Translations under genes and position numbers: made by a program | Notes under the pieces: model-generated | Told to the model about the DNA's origin: nothing | Database searches by the model: none | Seen by the model: only the letters and a program-made list of their open reading frames with translations | Origin: Octopus vulgaris | Taxonomy: Eukaryota | DNA: 64,000 bases | Assembly: GCA_951406725.2 (NCBI GenBank) | Contig: OX597827.1 | Location: 38,502,001-38,566,000 of the forward strand | Direction of reading: 5' to 3' | Part shown: positions 25,238 through 37,136 of the stretch, one piece after another | Layout of the letters: the number at the start of each line of letters is the position of its first letter | How positions within the stretch are numbered: the stretch's first letter is position 1

Positions 25238-25453
25238 TGAAGGAATGCTGAAAAGTTCCTGGCTTTAAGAGTATTACAAAAGACCTGGTTAGAGGCCCAA
25301 CATTCCAAGTTCTTTTACAGTTCTTAGAAAAACTGAAGGACCGCTGCAATAAGTGTGTGAATCTGAGAGGGGAATATGTTCGATAAAACCATAATTGACT
25401 AATCCTCCTGTATTTTCTATTACCCAAAACCAGGAACTTTCAGGCATCCCTTG
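25238..25453 (+). mobile_element. Mariner-derived MITE
   Basis: TA-flanked TIRs (TGAAGGAATGCTGAAAAGTTCCTGG / CCAGGAACTTTCAGGCATCCCTTG) enclose the mariner C-terminal remnant LEKLKDRCNKCVNLRGEYVR*. Confidence 0.8.
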
Positions 25454-25511
25454 TACATGTATATATGTATGTATGTATGTATGTAGGTATGTATCTATCT
25501 ATCTATATATA

Positions 25512-25551
<40 letters not shown>

Positions 25552-26919
25552 CACACACATCTATGTAGCTATCAAATTGTCTCCCTAACTATCTATCCAT
25601 AGTTTATTTCTCTTTGTTCATCCATTTGTCTGTCTAAATAACTGTCCATCTCTCTTGCCTCCCTCCTTCTCTCCTAGTTAGTTCAGCTCCTCCTCTTGAC
25701 ATCTAGCTTATTTGCCCCCCCCCACACACACACACACACGCATCCCCACCCTCCTTCTCTCTTTGCTATCTGAATAAATGTCAAGGAAAGAAAGATGTTT
25801 ACAATTTAGTGCAGCCAGAAGAGACATCCACAGTTACCACAGCAACAGTCTCCTGAATTCTTGTTATATTTGTCACATCACCTGCGCAACAAACCTACCC
25901 GCCCATACCCACTTCTCTCTCCTTCATGTTGATATTAAACTCTGCACTCTCTTTAGTTTTATTAAATATATACATGTACACACACACACACACACACTCA
26001 CAATCCATCTCTGCCTCTCTCTTTCTCCTATTGACGCACAAAATATCCCTTTCTCCGTCACCTGATTTCTGTTGCATACACATGCACACACACAGACACA
26101 CACACTCTCATACTATCATGCAAACTCTCTCCCTTTTATCTCTCTATCTATCTGTCTATTTATTTATTTCTATCTTTCAGCTGTATACAGTTGATTGTTA
26201 TCTATGGTTAAGTTGTTGTTTAACCCAGGGCAGACCTGATTGAGAAAACTTATGATCAGGGATTTTTCCAACTGTGACCATTCTATATCATTTTGAAGAG
26301 TATTGTATTAAATATGTTAGAGTATGATTTGACCCTTTTGTATTTAAACTGGCCACATCCAGCCAAAAATTCTCTACTTGTTTTATGTCCAATCTGGCCA
26401 AATCTGGCCTCTCACACCTACCCAACAATGTCATTCAAAACCTAAACAATCACATCACTGAAATCTCAAAGCTACAAGATAATGCAGGAATAATTCCAAT
26501 CAATGTGAATAAATAAGCATTACATTTGACAGAGTAACCCGAACGCTGAAACACTAGGGTCGATGTAATTGAATAGACCCTCCCCGAAATTTCAGCCTTT
26601 TGCTATTAGTAGAAAGGATTATATCTTCCATTAGGGATCTGAAAGAAATAAAATCCCTTTTCATTGTTTTGAAAAGAAGAATATGCTTATAATTAAGTAT
26701 CCTGAAACCCAGTGTACATATATATATATATAAGGAGAATTCACAAAAAAAAAAAAGACAAAGATAGGTTGTGTAGACAACAAACAGATGTATTAGTTTA
26801 ATGCTCAGGAAGTGAAAAAATCTTTAACGTTTTGAGCCTACGCTCTTCCACAGAAAGAAACAAGGAGAGAAAATAAAGAATGTGTAGTGGCTAGTGATCT
26901 ATCATGGTAAATATATATA

Positions 26920-26950
<31 letters not shown>

Positions 26951-27953
26951 GTATGTATGTGTGTGTGTGTATATACTAGGTTTGAGGAGTATTTGAGAAT
27001 GAACACAAGCAGGGTTCAAAATTCACAGCTGTTTCAGTAGCATTTTATTGATGCATTCTTAGATTACATCATAGCAAAACCGCACCATCATCAAGTAAAT
27101 TTTAAACATATATATATGCAGGCAAGTTAAAACCAGAAGAACTAAGAACAATGAGGTCAAATCAATCCTATTTTTCATCTTAGTTTATAGTTCTGACCTG
27201 CTGCAAACAAGCCACTTGGCTATCAGTAAATGACATGTTCAAGAGAGGTTGTTCTAAATGTTTGAAATGAATCATTTCTAAAATTACTATTTTCCACACT
27301 TGAAATTTTGTCTCTAGGGTGTATCAACATTATAATAAAGATAGCTGCATATTTAGTTGGCATTATGTAACTTTTACTAAAAGAAAGTAATTATTAAAGA
27401 CTTACAATATTGAAAAAATACGTATTCCAATTTTAATTTTTTTTTTTATCAAACTGAGGCTTTGAAGTTTCTTTTCTTATTGAAAATTCAAGTTTACACA
27501 TCAGTCACAAAATGATTTTTATCCCCTGCAATCAATCATTAAACAAATTTTTAGTCACTGTGACTTATCTCTCTCTCTCTCTCTCTCTCTCTCTTCCTCC
27601 CTCCTTTTCAACTGTTTTCATTAAAAATAAGTGATTGCAGTTTTTCTTTAGAGAGAATTTTTGTGAACATGTCTACTAATCCATCATTCTTGGCAGGTAC
27701 TTTATTTATTAATCCAAAAAAGAATAAAAGGCAACGTCCATCTTGACCGGATTTGAACTAAAAGCCTTCTGTCCAACACTAACAATTCTTCCAATATGCT
27801 TTTTACTAACCAACCAAGCAATGGATTGTCACTTTGACTACAAGATGATATGAGAAGTTATTAGCCCTAACAAAAATGTTAACCCTATAAAATAAAGATT
27901 TTTACCCTAAACTGACAAGATCCAAGAGCACATCCTCTGATAACTCACAGATG

Positions 27954-28350
27954 GTGAGTTATCAGAGGATGTGCAGATTAGTTACAGTTCAATTCAGTCC
28001 ATTAACACTGCAGATTTGGGTATGATACGTGTGTCTGCCAAAACTGCTTTCAGTTGACCAAAAAAGACACTTGGGTTTCAGTTGCACAAAATCTTGATTG
28101 TGTGGAGAACAATGAAAACTTTGTGTAGTCCTCTGAGCAGGTGTCACCAAGCTTTTGTCAAAATTTGATGCAGATTCTCTGCTCAACTTTGTTGTGGTCA
28201 ATGCGATTATCACACACTACACACCTTCCTTCCAAGCAGTGCTGTAAACAGCAGAAGTGAGCAAGAACATTAAAACTTAGTGCACATGCACAACAGAGTT
28301 TGAGCTCAATCTGTGTCAAGAAGCTCCACTCTATGTGCTTTAGCTTCATT
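27954..28350. mobile_element. Rearranged mariner remnant
   Basis: The + strand gives ELSEDVQISYSSIQSINTADLGMIRVSAK (second HTH) and the - strand gives VEQRICIKF*QKLGDTCSE (mariner N-terminus), so the pieces are in opposite orientation. Confidence 0.65.
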
Positions 28351-28415
28351 ACTATGGCAACAGACTGGTTATTTATTGATCAGACCATGTATGAAAGTAT
28401 ATGTGTATCTGTCTA

Positions 28416-28452
<37 letters not shown>

Positions 28453-28929
28453 TTATATATATATATATAAAATGTATTTGTATATATAAACACACATGCA
28501 CATATATATACTTCATGGTGGACTAAATGTATGTATATATATATATGTATGTATATATGCCTATATTTATGTATTTGTACATATATATGTGTGTGTGTGT
28601 GTATATATTTAGAGATGTATTCCTTGAAGATTTTGATGAAATAGATGATACAGCATCACATAACATGGAGGACAACTTCGGGATTCCTATGGGACAACCT
28701 GTTGAAGGCTACTAATCAGACCTGTGGCTGGTGTAAAGTACCCTCTTGACCGAAATGATAAGACAACAAAAGAACGAAAGAGACCTCGATATGTAAATAG
28801 AGGAATTTATCTGTAAATATAATATGTGACAATTATTCGATAGCCATGATAAAACTCTGAGTTTCGGATGTTGGGGCATCAAAAAATGCTATCAAACGGG
28901 TCATTTTCATAGCATTTTTTCGATGGCCA

Positions 28930-28990
28930 GATAACTGAAGAGATAGCGGTGTCGGTTTCTGCCCCGACATCCGAAACTAGGAGTTTTATC
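28930..28990 (+). ncRNA. Type I hammerhead ribozyme motif (Penelope/retrozyme-like), intact core
   Basis: GATAA-CTGAAGA-[stem II GGTGTCGG/CCGACATC]-GAAAC-TAGGA-GTT-TTATC: stem I GATAA/TTATC, stem III ACT/AGT, GUU triplet. Confidence 0.75.
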
Positions 28991-28996
28991 ATTGTT

Positions 28997-29030
<34 letters not shown>

Positions 29031-29334
29031 TATATTATGTGGACAATATCTTCAACCAAGGCATTATAACCGTTTCTGATTCTTCAAGTGCTTCAGTTCT
29101 GTGTAAGTACATATATTTACTAGGTAGCTAACATTTAGCAATAGTTTCTCCCATTGTGTTGAAGCGCCATTTTCTATCATTAATAAAACTCGGCATTATT
29201 GACGACACAGGTATGCTAGTAATATAATGACGGACTTATTATATACAGTGCTCAGTTGTACTACAACTCATAAGAAAAAGTAACCAAAAGTGTATGAACA
29301 GTACACAGAATAAAGCACAAGAAGTGAGCCATTT

Positions 29335-29540
29335 AACAAACGGGGGACACATCAGGGTACTGTCGACAAATTTCAGGAAGCATGGAAGTTTTGAAGGATG
29401 CAGTGTTCCAACAGCTAACATCTGATGCAGATAGTTTATTCCATGTTTCAGCAACTCTGAGCATGAGAAACTGTTCCCGAAAGTCATGGGTGTTGGGCTG
29501 TTTTTTTGATTTCGTAAGCATGTCCGAGAGTGTTAGAAAT
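29335..29540 (-). mobile_element. CR1/L2-type LINE 3' fragment
   Basis: FREQFLMLRVAETWNKLSASDVSCWNTASFK matches the R..FF..RV...WN.LP..VV......FK terminal motif. Confidence 0.7.
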
Positions 29541-29703
29541 ATGGAATTCAGGTGAATGCATTCGCAACACTGTAATTATCAAAACACCAATCCTGTAAAA
29601 AATATAAAGAATTCTTTTCCACTCTAGGCACAAGGCCCGAAATTTTTGTGGAGGGGGCCAATCGATTAGATTCACCCCAGTACACAACTGGTAAAACTAT
29701 AAA

Positions 29704-30239
29704 ATATTTTGTTGTGTCTGGGGAGAGTCATTTTCTTTTTGTGCCTTATAATTTAACACACTCACCAGTAAAATTTCTACTTATTTTTATTTTCCTAAAA
29801 TTTTTGTTGCGTCTTGACATGCATACACAAGGAGACAGAGGTGCATACATATACAAACACATGCTCACACACATACATAGGAAATACACAAACATGGACA
29901 TGCAAGCACATGAATATGCAGAATACATACATACAGATGCACACACATACATACATATATACATATGTATACACATATACATACACACATATGCATACAT
30001 ACATACATACATACATATGTACATGCATAGGCACACACACACACACTGACCCATATACGTGCGTAACAAACAAAAAGGAGTGTAAATAACGGACAGAGTC
30101 AAGACTATTGAAAAGGCTGCAAGACGCAACAAAAATTTTAGGAAAATAAAAATAATAAATAAGTGGAAATTTTACCGGTGAGTGTGGTAAATTATAAGGC
30201 ACAAAAAGAAAATGACTCTTCCCAGACACAACAGAATAT
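29704..30239. mobile_element. MITE with ~115-bp terminal inverted repeats around a (CA/TA) microsatellite
   Basis: Arm 29704-29816 is the reverse complement of 30120-30239 (TTGTGTCTGG...GTTGCGTCTTG / CAAGACGCAAC...CCAGACACAA). Confidence 0.85.
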
Positions 30240-31102
30240 GCTTCAATACATGAACTCATATAAAGAATCTTGCAAACCAAATCCAAAAGCGAAATATAAA
30301 ATATTTAAGAAAAAACAAAATTTCATCTTCAGTGGTAATAAAAAGCAATGTGTCAAACAGCAAAATGAATGACTATACAAACGATAAAGGAAGAAAAGAC
30401 AGATATTTTTGGTTAATAAATTTAATTAGAAACTTTATGGTTATCAACATAATGTTATTAGCACACACTCATTATGAAAAGATTAACAGCCAAGTTGTTG
30501 ACAATAAATTTGAATATATAGATATATATTATCAATAGGTGGTGCTTACTTTTACTGCCAAAATGCTTTGTGTAAGTCATTAACCTCACATCCTAGTCCA
30601 TAACAGGTTAGCAATAAGCATTACCAGTTGAATGCATTTGTATACAATTAGGAATACAGGATACCACTAACTGATAATATATTTGAATGTGTATATACAA
30701 ACCATAAATACAACAAGCAGCCTGAGGTTTAGGCTGAAGAGAGCAAACAGATCATAAATAGTTAACAGTCCCTCAAGGTTTAACTTTATAGTTTATATAT
30801 ATACTGTACATATTTTATTCACACACACACATGCTGTAACAAACAGGTAGTTCTGTTTCAAACTCAAATACTTCATGGTGTGTCTGCGTGTGTATAAATA
30901 GACACACAGATACATACATGTGTATGTGTGTAATTTAAAACTAAGAAAATAAACTTGTGGTGTGTGTGCACACGCGCACCTGATAAACAGGCATTTGAAA
31001 CTCTGAGTAGCAGTTTTCGTGATGTTCTTGCAGCTTTAATAATAGAAAAAGCATATTACTCTGCTTTTTTTTCCACCTTGTTTTGTGTCTATGTGCTTAC
31101 TC

Positions 31103-31133
<31 letters not shown>

Positions 31134-31152
31134 CACACACATGCACCACATA

Positions 31153-31346
31153 CATAGAGTCCTCCAAAAAATGTATATACACTTCAGGAAAGGTAAAAAT
31201 CTGTATAAATATTTAACTTGTACAACTACCCCTATAAATATAGATACCCCTTTCAATGTTTTATCAAATTGCAATAACACTGAATTCAAGTATTTATAGA
31301 TTTTTCCTTTCCTGAATTTGGAATACATTTTTTTGGCAGACTCTGT
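31153..31346. mobile_element. Tc1/mariner-type MITE
   Basis: TA-flanked imperfect TIRs CATAGAGTCCTCCAAAAAATGTAT...CAGGAAAGG / CCTTTCCTG...ATACATTTTTTTGGCAGACTCTG. Confidence 0.65.
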
Positions 31347-32048
31347 ATATATACACACACACTGCAACTTAATTTTCTTTGTTCTAAATTGCACACACAC
31401 ACACATATATAAATGTATACACACACATGCATTTTTCTTAGTTCTAATATGTGTGAGTGCGTCTATGAAAAAAAAAAAACTCAAAATTCCATTACTAAGA
31501 CAATACATTTAAAGAAATCATTAAATTTCCTAAAATTTCTCTCACCTTTCTTTAGGAAGTCTCTCTTATATGTAAAGTGGTTCTGATTTAGGAATAGGAC
31601 GGATTGGTAGACCCTTTACAAATAAGTGACACAACCCCAATAATCTCCCAGTCTATTTATGAACTACATCCAAGTGAATGTGAAGGAGGATCCATGATCA
31701 TCCTTTAAAATCAGGAAATAAAATATGTGATTCTGATGGAGTACACCATGCTGAAATATAGCTAGAATCCGAATATTTTTCTCCATAGACCGGACGTCTG
31801 TTATGTGATTTTATTTTGTCTGAGACCAAAATTAGATTCAAACAATTGCTGTCAATTGAAACACAGCATAATTATTTCATTGCAATTCTCATTACATTTG
31901 GATTATTATTATTATTATTATTTCTTTCCCCAAAATTACTAAACCTCAAAATTTTGCATGCTGTTTGAAAAGTGAAACAAATTTTTTTATGAATTAGTTT
32001 TGCATGTATGCCCATATGCATACATATTGTATACACAATGCATGTATG

Positions 32049-32085
<37 letters not shown>

Positions 32086-32482
32086 TTGTTTAAACGTCCA
32101 CTTTTCCATGCTTGCATTGGTTGGACGGAATTTGTTTTGAGACAGATTTTCAACACCTGAAAGCTGTTCCTGCCATCAAAGCTTATCTATTTCCAAGTGT
32201 GTTAATATTTCCCCATGTTTCTACAGGACACTGTAAACAAATGACACTACAGTGACAACAAATGACAGCAATGCTTGATTAAAACTATTGCATGATGTGT
32301 CTAAGTATGGAGACAGAAACACATACTCACATACACAAACACACATACACACACATATATATATATACACACACAACGGGCTTTATTTAGTTTTCATCTA
32401 CCAAATTCATTCACAAGGCTTTGGTCAACAAAACGCTGTATCAGAAGACTATTGTTGTTGTTGTTTCATCCTTTAGAAGGAA

Positions 32483-32782
32483 CAGTTGTTTGTTCCTTCT
32501 CGAGCCACGCCTGGCTCATAAGGGCCAGTTTCCTTGGCATATAGGTTCCCCACCTGGACAGGACACCGGTCCATCGCAGGTGAGCTGCAAGATGCAGGAG
32601 GAAAGAGTGAGAGAAAGTTGTAGGGAAAGAGTCAGCAGAAATTTGCCATTACCTTCTGCCGGAACCGCATGGGGCTTAGGTGTTTCGCTCATAAACACAA
32701 ACATTACCCAGTCTGAGATTCGAACCCGCGATCCCCCGATCGCGAATCCGCTGCTCTAACCACTAGGCCATGTGCCTCCACA
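32483..32782 (-). mobile_element. Fourth tRNA-derived SINE family
   Basis: Minus-strand head GTGGAGGCACATGGCCTAGTGGTTAGAGC...GGGTTCGAATCTC; homologous copy at ~9790-10078. Confidence 0.8.
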
Positions 32783-34557
32783 TTAGAAGACTATATAGTT
32801 TATATATACTGTGAAACTGAACCTGAAAACATTTGAGTTAGAAAGGAACTTCTTACTTACACAGCCAAATGTATTTTATACACACAAAATTGCATGGCCA
32901 AGTGGTTTTTAAACATTTAATTTACTCTACAGACTGCAGATTTTGGGTACTTTGGCAAGTATCTTCTTCCACACCCTCACATTGGCCAATGCTGTGCAAG
33001 TGAAATTTGGTAGGTGGAAACTATGTAGAAGCATGTCAGATGAACTGAAGCTGAGAGTTTTCCTAAAGATTATGTTGGGTGAACAAACACCTGTGGAGTA
33101 CTCAACCACATGGACTACAATTCAATGAGGAAATAATTCAGTTGATTGAACAACTAATGCATTCATTCATTCAAATCAGTGGTTTTCAACTAGAGACCCA
33201 TTGGGATTCATACGAGATTTTGTTGTTAAAATTTATGGGAAATAAACTGGTTATATTTCTACAAGACACAAAATTCAATATGTTCTAGAATTGTCTATGA
33301 CATGTTTCAGTTTTTCTAAAATTGAATAAAACAATATTGAACACATACGTACTTGTACACGTTGAACAAAATGAATAATAATAATAATAACAATAATAAT
33401 AATAATAATAACTACACTCACGGAGTGGTTGGCGTTAGGAAGGGCATCCAGCTGTAGAAACACTGCCAGATCAGACTGGAGCCTGGTGCAGCCTTCAGGC
33501 TTCCCAGACCCCAGTTGAACCGTCCAACCCATGCCAACATGGAAAACGGACGTTAAACGATGATGATGATGATGATGATATATAGGCGTAGGAGTAGCTG
33601 TGTGGTATATAGCTTGCTCACCAACAACATGGTTCCGGGTTCGGTCCCACTGCATGGCACCTTGGGCAAGTGTCTTCTAGTATAGACTCAGGTCGACCAA
33701 AGCCTTGAGAGTGGAATTGGTAGATGGAAACTGAAAGAAGACCGTTGTATATATGTATATATATGTGTGTGTTTGTGTGTCTGTGCTTGTCCCCTCAACA
33801 TCGCTTGACAACCGATGCTGATGTGTTTACGTCCCCGTAACTTAGCGGTTCGGCAAAAGAGACCGATAGAATAAGTAATAGGCTTACAAAGAATAAGTTC
33901 TGGGATCGATATGCCCGACTAAAGGCGGTGCTCCAGCATGGCCACAATCAAATGACTGAAACAAGTAAAAGAGTAATTATTATTATACAATTCCTAATAA
34001 TATTTAATTATAAAAATACAGTAGAATTTTTTAATATATATACATTGAATGGCTATGGCAGGGCACCCCAGTAAAATAGGAACCAAAGGGGTCCATAGGC
34101 AAAAAATGGTTGGGAGCCACTGATCCAGATAAACATGCTCCATCAAATTATACGCACATACACACACGCACACATATCGTGAATGAACATGAAACATCTA
34201 TAATTAAAGTAGAAGGGGAAAGAGAAAGTGAGTACCACATGGTATTGAATCCTTACTTCACCATGGGAAGCCAACCATACAACTGCTTTCTCTCTCCTTT
34301 GCTATGACACTGTTATATCCACACATAGTTTATAGCTTAATTACAATCAATTAATTGTTTAAATTTTAAACTACTTCTGTGAACCAAACAAAAAAAAAAA
34401 ATTAGTTGAACAAACATTTGGAAGGGAAGATTTAAAACAAAGAGGGAACAAAAAATAAGTGATTAGTGGTGGGGAGGAGGTCATGTGATCAAATGGGTAG
34501 AGGGTGGAGAAACAAAATAACTGTCCTTTGTTTCAGATTTGTTTCAATCGCATCTTG

Positions 34558-34761
34558 CTAAGCATCATTACATGCATCCTTTGGTGATAGACAATTTAAG
34601 GTGTTTGGTACGACAAACAACTTGCCACTCGGTGTACAGATACACAACTTGAATGTCTCGCCTGTAGCATTTACTCCAGGATTCTCAACTTTGATCGGGC
34701 GTAGAGTTTTCTTGTTAATTATTATGTTGCCATTGCTAGCATCAAATTTCAAGTTACCTTT
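34558..34761 (-). CDS. SGCB: Beta-sarcoglycan last coding exon (204 nt incl. TAG)
   Basis: TTGTTTTCCAG acceptor. KGNLKFDASNGNIIINKKTLRPIKVENPGVNATGETFKLCICTPSGKLFVVPNTLNCLSPKDACNDA* carries the sarcoglycan C-terminal four-Cys cluster (KLCxC...G.LF...C...C). Confidence 0.92.
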   Translation of the reverse strand, partial: KGNLKFDASNGNIIINKKTLRPIKVENPGVNATGETFKLCICTPSGKLFVVPNTLNCLSPKDACNDA

Positions 34762-35014
34762 CTGGAAAACAAGAAATTTAAAAAAAAGAAATCAAAATTT
34801 GGATGGTCAATCATGCTTTTTGCTTTTCGTTTTTTTTTTTTAGCAAAACTGTGTATATGTGTACACAGACTAATGTGTGTGTTTGTATATATAGGGTGTT
34901 CATAAATTATCTTTATAATTTCCATCAAGCAGTCCAAATGTGCTGCATGTGACCAATGGAGCCCATGTGGAAGTGGTCTGACATTTCTAATAGAACTATG
35001 TTTGCCTATATATG

Positions 35015-35065
<51 letters not shown>

Positions 35066-35128
35066 AAAGTAAGAAAATGGAGCTATAGCATTAAATGAAA
35101 ATTTATTATCTGCAAAAATCAAGCATAG

Positions 35129-35213
35129 TCCCTTACAGCTGTTTCAATTAAGCCTAAAAGATTAAAGAGCAATTATTAAAATCATTATATTAGGCAAAAT
35201 CTCTTCAGAGGGA
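35129..35213 (-). ncRNA. Minimal type I hammerhead ribozyme motif in the last SGCB intron (sense)
   Basis: TCCCT-CTGAAGA-[GATT..GCCTAA...TTAGGC..AATT]-GAAAC-AGCT-GTA-AGGGA: stem I TCCCT/AGGGA, palindromic stem III ACAGCTGT, GUA triplet, G.U at the base of stem II. Confidence 0.75.
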
Positions 35214-35378
35214 TAAAAAAAAGATATACCATTAACTTTTTCATGTGTTGTAATTTAGAATCATCACAACAGACTGATTTAACCTCTAATTGAATCATCA
35301 TTATCATCATATATATATACATACACACACACACACACACACACACCTCTGTATGTGCATGTGTGAGCTTGCTTTTAT

Positions 35379-35415
<37 letters not shown>

Positions 35416-36194
35416 GGTGCAGACACAGGCATGGCTCTGTGGTAAAAAGCTTGCTTCCCAACCACATGGTTCTAGGTTCAGTCCCACTGCATGGCATCTT
35501 GGGCAAGTGTCCTATACCTTTTGTTGCTTTGGGTTAACAAAAGCCTTATGATTTGGTAGACAGAGACTTAAAGAAGCCCATCGTGTGTGTGTTTGAATTT
35601 GTACCCCCATCACCACTTGACAACTGGTGTTGATGTGTTTATGTCCCCATAACTTAGCAGTTCAGCAAAAGAGACTGATAGAATAAGTACCAGAATTAAC
35701 AAAAGAAGTACTGGGGTTGATTCATTTGACTAAAAATTCAAGGCAGTGCCCCAGCATGGTCACAGTCTAATGAATGAAACAGGTAAAAGATAAGATATAT
35801 ATATGTAACTTGTTTCATGACACACACACACACATTATCATCATTATTTAACGTCTACCTTCCATGCTGGCATTGGTTAGATGGTTTGACAGAAGCTGGC
35901 CAGGCAGGAGGCAGCACCAGTCTTCTGTGTCTGTTTTGGCAGGATGCCCTTCCTAACACCAACCACCCTGCAGAGTGGACTGAGTGCTTTTTATGTAACA
36001 CAAGCACAGGTGAGGTCAGTTTTGGCATAGTTTTTACAGCTGGAGCCCTTCCCAATGCCAACTACTTTACAGTGTGGACTGGATGTTTTTAAGTGGTACC
36101 AGCACTGGCAGGGTCACCAAGTAACTTGTAAGACAAAGATCCTTTGAGAGGGGAGAGGGCATACATATACATACAAACACACACACACACATAT

Positions 36195-36722
36195 ATCATC
36201 ATCATCATCATCGTTTAACGTCTGCTTTCCGTGCTAGCATGGGTTGGACGGTTCGACCGGGGTCTGGGAAGCCAGGGGGCTGCACCAGGCTCCAGTCTGA
36301 TCTGGCAGTGTTTCTACAGCTGGATACCCTTCCTAACGCCAACCACTCTATGAATGTAGTGGGTGCTTTTTACATGCTACCGGCACAGGTGCCAGGAGAG
36401 GCTAGCAACGGCCATGATCGGTTGGTGCTTTTTACATGCCACCGGCACAGAAGCCAGTCAAGGCAGCGCTGGCATCAGCCACGTTCGAATGGTGCTTTTT
36501 ACGTGCCACCGGCACAGGTATCACAGCTACAATTTCCATTTGATATTTATTTTGATGTTGATGTACTTGACTCAATAGGTCTCCTCAAGCACAGCAGGTC
36601 ATGTGCCACTGGCACAGAAGCCAGTCAAGGTAGTGCTGGCATCGGCCACATTCGGATGGTGCTTTTTATGTGCCGCTGGCATCGGCCACATTCGGATGGT
36701 GCTTTTTATGTGCCGCTGGCAC

Positions 36723-36725
<3 letters not shown>
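36195..36725 (-). mobile_element. RTE 3'-UTR-derived repeat with (ATG)n tail and internal ~35-bp subrepeats
   Basis: Same sequence as 19410-19790. Other copies at ~11700, 16048, 33420 (opposite orientation), 35835 and 45330. Confidence 0.85.
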
Positions 36726-36760
<35 letters not shown>

Positions 36761-36992
36761 CTGTGTGTATGTAAACACATGCACACCCACACATATAAAG
36801 ATATATTATTATGGTTATTTGTTCAAGCAAATATGGGAAAGCTTTATCCCAAAGTGAATTAAACCAAACATACCAACAGAATATTTACAGTTCTAGCTAG
36901 TTTATTTATACAGATTATGTCATTCATTTATTTGAAGATGACAAATTGGAAGTAACAATAACAAACCACTTTTGCAGATGAAAATACTTTAC

Positions 36993-37136
36993 CTTGGTAT
37001 TCAAGGAGATTCCTTTGCTGGCTTGGATATTGATTTTGTTGATGTTTTCTTCTGTACTTACACCTGCATCACCTTTTACGTCAACTCTGGAGAAAGATTC
37101 GAAAACAATGTCGTTCCACTTTGTTCGACTTTTTAT
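36993..37136 (-). CDS. SGCB: Beta-sarcoglycan exon (144 nt, phase 0-0)
   Basis: AAACAG acceptor, AAG|GTAAAG donor. IKSRTKWNDIVFESFSRVDVKGDAGVSTEENINKINIQASKGISLNTK aligns with SGCB ITSNATSDLNIKVDGRAIVRGNEGV...; an internal GGT|GTAAGT is a possible alternative donor. Confidence 0.85.
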
